Origin: a virus
Lineage: Duplodnaviria > Caudoviricetes
DNA length: 42,692 bases
IMG/VR virus record: IMGVR_UViG_3300021082_000014
Location: 1-42,692 of that record
Reading direction: 5' to 3' (one strand)
Below the pieces are notes generated by a model. The model was not told the origin of the DNA. It did not search any database and saw nothing but the letters and a program-made list of their open reading frames with translations. Positions 36,828-42,692 of this stretch are shown one piece after another (position 1 is the stretch's first letter; every line of letters starts with the position of its first letter). The position numbers and the translations under genes are program-made.

Positions 36828-37028
36828 TTAGCTGGCCGCCAGCCAGCCGGCGTAGAAGGCGGCCAGGCAGTCGCGGTGGGCGGCCCGCGGTGGCTTGTCA
36901 TCGCTGAGCCACCAATCGACATAGGCCTGCTGCATGGCCAGGCTCATGCTCTCGAAGACGACGCGCTCGTTGTCGCTCAGCTTCAGGTCGATGGCCGTGC
37001 GCTGACGGCTAACAGTGCGGGTGGTCAT
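36828..37028 (-). CDS. Hypothetical protein (66 aa)
   Basis: TGATG coupling; AFYAGW motif. Confidence 0.7.
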   Translation of the reverse strand: MTTRTVSRQRTAIDLKLSDNERVVFESMSLAMQQAYVDWWLSDDKPPRAAHRDCLAAFYAGWLAAS

Positions 37029-38227
37029 CAGTTGCTCTCCTCGTGTAGATAGGCTGCCAGGCGCCCCCTGGCCAGGGCGACCATCTCGGGGTCGCGGTCG
37101 ATGCCGATCACGTTGCGGCCCAGCTTGACCGCCGCCAGGGCGGTCGTGCCGCTACCCAGGAACGGGTCCAGCACGGTGTCGCCCTGGAAGCTGTACAGCC
37201 GCACCAGGCGGTCGGCCAGGGCCTCGGGGAAGGCCGCCGGGTGGAGGCTCTGGCGCTCGCCCGGGATGCGCCAGACGCCGTTGGTCCAGTCCAGCCACTG
37301 CTCGTGGCTGAGGTTGTGGGCGTCACTGTTGCGGCCCAGGTTCCAGACGCCTTTGCTGAAGACCGCGATCATCTCCACCCGGGCGATGACGTGTGGCGCC
37401 GACGGGCTGTCGACGGAGCCGCGCGCGGTGGTCTTGGTGATCGTGTCCTCGGCCCAGACGATGGTGTGCTGGTAGACCAAGCCAGCGTTCTGCAGTTCCA
37501 GCACCCAGTCGGCGTACACCGCGCGGTGCTGGTCGGCACCGTCGTCGAAGGTGTCCAGCGGGACCACGATGGCCAGGCGGCCGCCCCAGGCCAGCACGCG
37601 GGCCATCTCGTTGGCCCAGGTGGCCACCAGGGGCATGTACTCATGCTCGTAGTCCAGGCGGTCGCTGGAGCCGCCGTAGGCCTTGCCCAGGTTGTAGGGC
37701 GGGCTGGTGACGATCAGGTCGACGCCCTGGTCGCTGACGAACAGCCTGGCGGCGTTGCCTTCGACGATGGCCAGGCTGTAGTCCGTGTCGCCGGTCAGCA
37801 CCGGCAGGTCGACGGCCTCACCGCGGGCGATCAACTCCTCCTTGCGCGCGGCCTTCTTTGCCTCGCGTCGCTCGTCGTCAAGAACCTTGGTCTCCTCGCG
37901 CATACTGAGGCCTGGTGGCAAATTACTCACACGTGAGTAATTTTTGGCCAGGTTCATGTACCGCGTGGCCTGAGCCCGCTCGATGGACAGCCGACCCTCG
38001 ACAAAGTCGAGCCAGCGCCGCTTCTTTTTCTTCTCGCGGGCCTTCAGTTCCATGAGCACGGCGCCAAACCGCAAGCGCAGACCGCGGGCATCGGTCTCCG
38101 CCGCCTCGATGCGGAGGGCCAGGTCGATGGCCTCCAGCTTCAGGTCGTCGGTCGTCGCGGTCTGGACATCAATCCACAGGTCGATCAGGGGCGTGCCTGG
38201 GGGCAGCCTAAGCATCCCAGACGCCAC
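37028..38227 (-). CDS. Beta-class amino-DNA methyltransferase (N4-C/N6-A) with N-terminal DUF3102-like helical domain
   Basis: VDLIVTSPPY precedes HPAAFP and VLDPFLGSGTT; N-terminal FGAVLMELKA...WLDFVE...IERAQATRYMNLA. Confidence 0.9.
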   Translation of the reverse strand: MASGMLRLPPGTPLIDLWIDVQTATTDDLKLEAIDLALRIEAAETDARGLRLRFGAVLMELKAREKKKKRRWLDFVEGRLSIERAQATRYMNLAKNYSRVSNLPPGLSMREETKVLDDERREAKKAARKEELIARGEAVDLPVLTGDTDYSLAIVEGNAARLFVSDQGVDLIVTSPPYNLGKAYGGSSDRLDYEHEYMPLVATWANEMARVLAWGGRLAIVVPLDTFDDGADQHRAVYADWVLELQNAGLVYQHTIVWAEDTITKTTARGSVDSPSAPHVIARVEMIAVFSKGVWNLGRNSDAHNLSHEQWLDWTNGVWRIPGERQSLHPAAFPEALADRLVRLYSFQGDTVLDPFLGSGTTALAAVKLGRNVIGIDRDPEMVALARGRLAAYLHEESN

Positions 38228-38549
38228 CCTGGTCGAGGTACATCTCGACCCACTTCACCAGGGGGCGGTTGCTCTCGACCAGGGAGATCAATTGATTGCA
38301 GCGAAAGCAGACCAGGCCGCGCGGAGCGCCAGTCTGGGGATCATGATCGACGACCAGGGCCAGCGGTCTGGCCCCTCCATCACCGTTGTCATGACAAATG
38401 ATGCAGCCATCCTGGGCAAGCTCCTGGGTCTCGATGTCGCCACGACGGATGTCCACCCCGCGCTGCCGCAGGGTGGACACAGATCGGGCGTACACCTTGA
38501 CCGGTCCCCAGGGCTTCTGGATGACTCCGATAACAAGGTGTCGTGCCAT
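38208..38549 (-). CDS. Endonuclease VII-like (beta-beta-alpha-Me) protein
   Basis: QDGCIIC...LVVDHDPQTGAPRGLVCFRCN...YL. Confidence 0.8.
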   Translation of the reverse strand: MARHLVIGVIQKPWGPVKVYARSVSTLRQRGVDIRRGDIETQELAQDGCIICHDNGDGGARPLALVVDHDPQTGAPRGLVCFRCNQLISLVESNRPLVKWVEMYLDQGGVWDA

Positions 38550-39119
38550 CTAGAAGGCGGGCTCCTCCTCCAGCGCGGCCATCTCGGCCTGGAGACGGGC
38601 GCGCTTCTCAGCCGCGGACTCCGCGGGGGCTGGCTCAGCGGCGGTGGCCTTGGTGACGAATGGGCGCAGCTTGATGACCTTGAGGCGGTCGTTGCCGTTG
38701 CGGTCGACCGTCCACTCCAGGGTCAGCAGGGCGCGGTGCCCGACCAGGCTCTCCTTCCAGCCGTGGCCGATCATCGTCTTGACCTCGTCGTCGTCGAGGA
38801 CCTTGCCCATCAGGGCGTTGGCCCGCTGACGGGCGCCGGCGATCCGCCAGTCCGGGTTCTGCGCCTTGGGGTTGTAGCGGGTGCTGTCGGACGTGATGTC
38901 CCACAACTCCGCGACCTCGTCCTCGGCATTGGTCCAGGCCGCGCCGGTCTCCAGATCGTGCAGGCTCCATTTGTGGATCAGCATCATCTGGTCGTCGCGT
39001 TTGCGGTACTGCGACGACGAAGGCTGCTCGTCGATGTCCATCAGGCGGCCGACCCAGTTCTTCGAGTCATCGAGACCATCGAAGTCGTTCGGGTAGGCAG
39101 CATCGGGTTGCTGTGGCAT
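38550..39119 (-). CDS. Putative single-stranded DNA-binding protein
   Basis: Beta-rich core, Ala/Pro linker and acidic C-terminus ending EEEPAF; in the replication cluster. Confidence 0.5.
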   Translation of the reverse strand: MPQQPDAAYPNDFDGLDDSKNWVGRLMDIDEQPSSSQYRKRDDQMMLIHKWSLHDLETGAAWTNAEDEVAELWDITSDSTRYNPKAQNPDWRIAGARQRANALMGKVLDDDEVKTMIGHGWKESLVGHRALLTLEWTVDRNGNDRLKVIKLRPFVTKATAAEPAPAESAAEKRARLQAEMAALEEEPAF

Positions 39120-39135
39120 ATGGGTGCTCGTGCCT

Positions 39136-39495
39136 TTACCGGGCGCATGTCCAGCGCCGAATGGTGACGGCCTCGGGAGCGAACTCCCCGGTCATCACGC
39201 GGGCCAGGTAGTCGAGGCTCTGGTAGGGATCGAAGGCGTCGTCGTACCCCCGTTTCTCGAAGTCCCAGTACAGGTTGCCCGGCAGCGTCGATAGCTGCAC
39301 GGCGCCCAGGCTGGTGCCATGGTCGCCCACGGACCGCGGATTGAAGGTGCCGCCGGTCTCGCAGGCCACGATAGCGCGCAGGCGGCCATAGCTGACGCCA
39401 TGGTTGGCGGCGGCGTCCCAGATGGCCTGGTGGGTGTCGTCGGGCGTGAACGGGCTGGCGGCCACCATGGCTGCCAGCACCAGGCCGAGGATCAA
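39136..39495 (-). CDS. Secreted lysozyme-fold / lytic transglycosylase-like protein (119 aa)
   Basis: TTGA-coupled start; signal-like MILGLVLAAMVAAS; IVACETGG.FNP...SLGAVQL...FDP...RWTC. Confidence 0.7.
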   Translation of the reverse strand: MILGLVLAAMVAASPFTPDDTHQAIWDAAANHGVSYGRLRAIVACETGGTFNPRSVGDHGTSLGAVQLSTLPGNLYWDFEKRGYDDAFDPYQSLDYLARVMTGEFAPEAVTIRRWTCAR

Positions 39496-40001
39496 GCCAG
39501 CACCAGATGGCGCGGGAGCATGTTCATGGTCGACGGCGACTGCTCGATCTCGTCGTCGATGTACGGCAGGTCGTCGAGGTCGGCCGCCACCCGGCGCGCC
39601 GTCGCCGCGGTCATCCAGGCGCAGGTCAGCATCTCCCAGATCATCTGCTGCTCCCTGGCCCGGCTGGCCGGGCCGTCGACCAGCTGCCAGGGGAAGTCGA
39701 AGCCGCACTCGGCCGGGTCGAAGGCCTCGTCCCAATCCCGCAGCAGGTCGACGGCCTCGGAATAATGTGGCCGCCCGGCGTCCTGATAGTCATCGAGGCT
39801 GTAGAACGCGGCCACCGACGTGTCCAGCGCCTCGAAGATGTGGGGTGCGGTCTGGCCCAGCAGGCACGCGCTCCCGTCGCGCAGGCGCAGGCTGCCCAGG
39901 TGCAACACGTCCGGCCAGCCTGGGGCGACCGCGTCGAGCAGCGTCGCGCCGCGGTCGACCAGTTCGGTCGCCATCGCGGCGGTGAACTGGTTAGTCATCA
40001 T
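39492..40001 (-). CDS. Hypothetical phage protein (169 aa)
   Basis: SD AGGAGGAG; VDRGATLLD...PGW...L.L....CLLGQ pattern. Confidence 0.75.
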   Translation of the reverse strand: MMTNQFTAAMATELVDRGATLLDAVAPGWPDVLHLGSLRLRDGSACLLGQTAPHIFEALDTSVAAFYSLDDYQDAGRPHYSEAVDLLRDWDEAFDPAECGFDFPWQLVDGPASRAREQQMIWEMLTCAWMTAATARRVAADLDDLPYIDDEIEQSPSTMNMLPRHLVLA

Positions 40002-40224
40002 GGGTCTCCTCCTTGGCCTCCAGCAGCGCCACCAGGCGTCGCATGACGTCGATGGTGCCGCCCATGGTGGCGGTCATGCGGACGAGCGCCCAGGCGCCGT
40101 CCTGATAGCCCTGGGCGTGGTACCGACGGGCCAGGTTGGCCTCGTCGGTGCCCAGGATCTTGCTGTCCAACGCCCTCCGCTTGAAGAACGCCTTGTCGAT
40201 CTCCTCGTCGTTCAAATTGGGCAC
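39991..40224 (-). CDS. Hypothetical protein (77 aa), probably leaderless
   Basis: GTG lies 6 nt downstream of a TAAGGT -10 box. Confidence 0.7.
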   Translation of the reverse strand: MPNLNDEEIDKAFFKRRALDSKILGTDEANLARRYHAQGYQDGAWALVRMTATMGGTIDVMRRLVALLEAKEETHDD

Positions 40225-40260
40225 ATATGAACCTTATACGTTACCTATAAGCAACGTCAA
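40225..40260 (-). promoter_or_regulatory. Sigma70-type promoter with embedded palindrome
   Basis: TTGACG-18nt-TAAGGT-6nt-GTG; CTTATA-N7-TATAAG at 40233-40251; AT-rich island. Confidence 0.65.
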
Positions 40261-40469
40261 GCCGGGACCGCGAGGGGCGGCCCCACAAGCTCCGCGGGCT
40301 CGACGTCCAGGGCTGCGGCCAGCTTCCGCGCGGTGCGCGGGTGGGCCTCGTCCTGGCCGCTTTCGAGGCGGCTGATGGTGTGGCGGTTCACGTCGGCCTT
40401 GGCGGCCAACTCGTTTTGCGACAGGAAGCTGGCCTCCCGAACCTGGCGCAGCTTGTTCAAACGTGGCAT
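40257..40469 (-). CDS. XRE/Cro-like HTH transcriptional regulator (70 aa)
   Basis: LRQVREASFLSQNELAAKADVNRHTISRLESG...TARKLAAALDVEPAEL. Confidence 0.92.
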   Translation of the reverse strand: MPRLNKLRQVREASFLSQNELAAKADVNRHTISRLESGQDEAHPRTARKLAAALDVEPAELVGPPLAVPA

Positions 40470-40488
40470 GTGCCCAGTATGGCACATG
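40467..40488 (-). promoter_or_regulatory. Operator-like palindrome over the -10 box and start codon of the HTH gene
   Basis: CATGTGCC-cagtat-GGCACATG; on the minus strand CATACT-6nt-ATG. Confidence 0.6.
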
Positions 40489-40523
40489 TATGTCCCATGT
40501 CCTTGCCGGCATGCGGGGATTCG

Positions 40524-40561
40524 ATGTTGCATACATGGTGCATATCGGGTATAAATAGGGC
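40524..40561 (+). promoter_or_regulatory. Repeated early promoter, copy 1
   Basis: TTGCAT-17nt-TATAAA-6nt-GTG 40562. Confidence 0.85.
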
Positions 40562-40954
40562 GTGCCGAAGAAAGTCACCGCCCAGACCCCCTGGGGCCCC
40601 GTCAGCCGCTCGACCGTCCGCACCTACACCCACGTCGTCGTCAGCTTCGAGCTTCAGCCCGGCGTCGCGGAGCGCTGGCTCGCGCGCGACATCAAGAACG
40701 TCGAGAGCAACATCGCCTACTACCAGTCGGTCCTCAAGACGGGCGAGACGGCCAGCAAGTACTGGACGCTTGAGCAGGTCCAGCGCGATCTGGACGATGC
40801 CGAGATGCGCCTGGCCAAGCTGACCCTGGACCGCGTCCATGGCCGCCAGCAGTTGATCGCGCACGGCTGGTGCGGCCGCCTGGACCTGGCCCAGAAGCTC
40901 CAGGCCAAGGCCTGCGCGGACGGCTACCTGGCCGAGATCTTCCCCCTCGACTGA
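40562..40954 (+). CDS. Hypothetical early protein (130 aa)
   Basis: Starts right after promoter copy 1; strong GC3 bias. Confidence 0.8.
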   Translation: MPKKVTAQTPWGPVSRSTVRTYTHVVVSFELQPGVAERWLARDIKNVESNIAYYQSVLKTGETASKYWTLEQVQRDLDDAEMRLAKLTLDRVHGRQQLIAHGWCGRLDLAQKLQAKACADGYLAEIFPLD

Positions 40955-40962
40955 GCCAGCGC

Positions 40963-41085
40963 CCTGGTCGCCGCTGTAACCCCGGCGGCCAGGACTTCTG
41001 GGCGCGGAACCCAGCGTCGTCAGTCTAGCTCTGACACTCGCCGCTCTCGGGCGGGCGGCGAGTGCCCCAGCTAGGGGACAAGGAG
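40963..41085 (+). ncRNA. Candidate structured RNA / 5' leader
   Basis: Five consecutive stems fill the largest intergenic gap; two loops are complementary. Confidence 0.4.
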
Positions 41086-41092
41086 AACCAGC

Positions 41093-41617
41093 GTGGCACT
41101 CATTGACAGCACGGCCCTGGAGGTCGTCATCGCGCGGATCAACGAGCGGCTCGAAGACATGGACGTCGACAGCTTCACCAGCCGGCTGGACGACATCGAG
41201 GAGAAGGTGCAGGACGTCAGCGACCTGACCGACCGCGTCGACACGCTCGAAAATCAGGACGGCGACCCAAACGACTTCGACTCCCGCATCGACGACCTCG
41301 AACGGGAGATGCGCGACAAGGTCGACGAGTCCGACGTGCCCGACTTCAGCGACTTCGAGACCCGCCTGGAGCAGGTCGAGGAGAACATCAGCGATCTTCA
41401 GAACGCCCCCAAGGCCGCAGTCGACCTGACCGACCTGCAGGCCGAGGTCAAAGCCATAAGCGAGCAGGTTGCCAGCATGGCGGTCTGGGTCGAGCATCTG
41501 AAGAACAGCCAGCGGACCGACCTGGCCCGCATCGAGACCCTGGAGAGCGCCAGCGCCAGGACGACCACCTTCTTCAACCACGCCCGCCGCGCGGTCGAGA
41601 TCCTCCTCGGCCGCTAG
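41093..41617 (+). CDS. Acidic coiled-coil repeat protein (174 aa)
   Basis: SD AAGGAG; repeated (D/S)(F/L)xxR(L/I/V)(D/E)x(L/I/V)E. Confidence 0.85.
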   Translation: MALIDSTALEVVIARINERLEDMDVDSFTSRLDDIEEKVQDVSDLTDRVDTLENQDGDPNDFDSRIDDLEREMRDKVDESDVPDFSDFETRLEQVEENISDLQNAPKAAVDLTDLQAEVKAISEQVASMAVWVEHLKNSQRTDLARIETLESASARTTTFFNHARRAVEILLGR

Positions 41618-41628
41618 GCCTCGTGACA

Positions 41629-41654
41629 CCCGCCGGCATCGGGCTGCCGGCGGG
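41629..41654 (+). terminator. GC-rich hairpin, probable terminator
   Basis: CCCGCCGGCA-tcgggc-TGCCGGCGGG between the stop at 41617 and promoter copy 2; weak U tail. Confidence 0.6.
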
Positions 41655-41661
41655 CCCTTGA

Positions 41662-41699
41662 ATGTTGCATTCATGGTGCAGATCGGGTATAAATAAGGC
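41662..41699 (+). promoter_or_regulatory. Repeated early promoter, copy 2
   Basis: TTGCAT-17nt-TATAAA-6nt-ATG 41700. Confidence 0.85.
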
Positions 41700-41990
41700 A
41701 TGCGCAGCACACGTACCGCCCGCCAGGCCCAGGCCGCCGTCGCCACCCCGATCTTCACCCAGGGCTTTCACGAGCCCGGCCAGGACGTCACCGTTCACGT
41801 CCAGAACATCGTCACCGTTCGCATCGACGTCAGTGGCCCCGGGCCCGACCGGACCATGGAGACGGCCATGTACATCCTGGGCCGTGCGCACGTCGAGGAG
41901 ATGATCGCCGCCCTCCAGGGCGCACGGGACGCCATGATCCGCCAGGAGAAGGCCCTCGAAGCCTTCTATGCCAAGAAGGACGCCGCCTGA
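41700..41990 (+). CDS. Hypothetical early protein (96 aa)
   Basis: Starts right after promoter copy 2. Confidence 0.8.
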   Translation: MRSTRTARQAQAAVATPIFTQGFHEPGQDVTVHVQNIVTVRIDVSGPGPDRTMETAMYILGRAHVEEMIAALQGARDAMIRQEKALEAFYAKKDAA

Positions 41991-42247
41991 TGACCGACCG
42001 CACGCTCAGCGCCCTCACCCTGGTCGCCCAGGGTGGGGTCATCGTCAACGAGCAAGGCCATGCCCTGGTCCCCAGCGCCGGTACCGAGGGCGCCTACTAC
42101 CGCACCAGCAGCGCCTCGTGCTCGTGCCCCGACCGCACGTACCGCGGTGTCGTCTGCAAGCACATGCTGGCGGTCCGCGTGATGCGCACCATCGCCCTGG
42201 CTGAACAGGAAACCCAGACCGCCCTGGCCGCCCCACAGGCGGCCTGA
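41990..42247 (+). CDS. SWIM zinc-finger protein
   Basis: VPS.....YY......CSCPD......CKHMLAV. Confidence 0.85.
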   Translation: MTDRTLSALTLVAQGGVIVNEQGHALVPSAGTEGAYYRTSSASCSCPDRTYRGVVCKHMLAVRVMRTIALAEQETQTALAAPQAA

Positions 42248-42257
42248 AAGGATCACC

Positions 42258-42479
42258 ATGCCCACTGGCCTGTCCCTGCTCAACGGCAAGGCCGTCTATA
42301 GCACCTTCGTCACTCGCGGGAACGAGATCCTCGATGTCGAGGTCATCCTCGACATCAATCACCCCCAGGTGCGGAAGATGATCGACCGCGCGGCCCGCCA
42401 GGCCAGGCACCAGTCCGTCGAGGCCGGTGGGGCCCTGGTCATCAAAGCCCGCGTCCACTACCGCGCCGGCGCCCAATAG
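42258..42479 (+). CDS. Hypothetical early protein (73 aa)
   Basis: SD AAAGGA before ATG. Confidence 0.75.
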   Translation: MPTGLSLLNGKAVYSTFVTRGNEILDVEVILDINHPQVRKMIDRAARQARHQSVEAGGALVIKARVHYRAGAQ

Positions 42480-42490
42480 GGGCGCCGGCG
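42464..42490 (+). terminator. GC-rich hairpin with the stop codon in its loop
   Basis: CGCCGGCGCCC-aatag-GGGCGCCGGCG just before promoter copy 3; no U tail. Confidence 0.5.
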
Positions 42491-42501
42491 GCTACCCAGT
42501 G

Positions 42502-42539
42502 ATGTTGCATTCATGGTGCATATCGGGTATAAATAGGGC
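42502..42539 (+). promoter_or_regulatory. Repeated early promoter, copy 3
   Basis: TTGCAT-17nt-TATAAA-6nt-ATG 42540. Confidence 0.85.
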
Positions 42540-42692
42540 ATGCAGAACGACAGCAGCGCGCGGGACCTGTTCAACGCCGCCTACAAGGCCAGTGTCGCCC
42601 TCGGGCGCAAGTTCGAGGCCCGCGACCTGACGCCCGAGTTGCGCCAGGCCGCGCGGGCCTACGCCGCCAGCTACGACGGCGACTTCGAGTAC
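42540..42692 (+). CDS. 5' part of the origin-spanning DUF6011-like gene (MQNDSSARDLFNAAYK...)
   Basis: ATG lies 6 nt after the -10 box of promoter copy 3 and reads in frame into 74..886. Confidence 0.85.
   Translation, partial: MQNDSSARDLFNAAYKASVALGRKFEARDLTPELRQAARAYAASYDGDFEY
42566..42692. repeat. Terminal direct repeat (copy 2)
   Basis: Identical to 1-127. Confidence 0.95.

Noticed and set aside
40550-40557. TATAAATA as a T4-type late promoter
   Set aside because: No gp55-like sigma factor is present, and a -35 TTGCAT at 17 bp fits a host sigma70-type promoter.
41015-41080. tRNA gene
   Set aside because: The stems are cloverleaf-like, but there is no TTC T-loop, 7-bp acceptor stem or canonical anticodon arm.
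40524-42539. The three 38-bp repeats as a CRISPR array
   Set aside because: They are about 0.8-1.1 kb apart, with genes in between.
42566-42692. 127-bp repeat as a biological terminal repeat or att site
   Set aside because: It falls mid-CDS and its length matches a common assembly k-mer.

Overview
The window is an apparently complete, circular (or circularly permuted) high-GC tailed-phage genome of about 42,565 bp. Bases 1-127 repeat exactly at 42566-42692, most likely an assembler overlap, and one gene runs across the join. A short plus-strand early arm (40562-42692, continuing at 1-2418) is driven by three near-identical promoters placed directly on start codons. A tightly coupled minus-strand arm (40469 down to 2415) carries, in order: an XRE HTH regulator; DNA metabolism genes (secreted lysozyme-fold protein, putative SSB, endonuclease VII-like, methyltransferase with an extra N-terminal domain, VRR-NUC, Prim-Pol/PriCT/AAA, PD-(D/E)xK nuclease); TerS and TerL; a stand-alone NrS-1-like primase-polymerase domain; portal; three putative internal virion proteins, including a 2393-aa polyvalent protein; scaffold; major capsid; podovirus-like tail and fibres; and a lysis cassette. 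I see no integrase, tape measure, conventional DNA polymerase, tRNA or CRISPR array. The most notable points are the orphan primase-polymerase between TerL and portal, the polyvalent protein with a repeat-flanked unknown module, an AT-rich palindrome inside the methyltransferase gene, and a multi-hairpin leader with complementary loops at 40963-41085. All family assignments come from motif recognition by eye; no searches were run.
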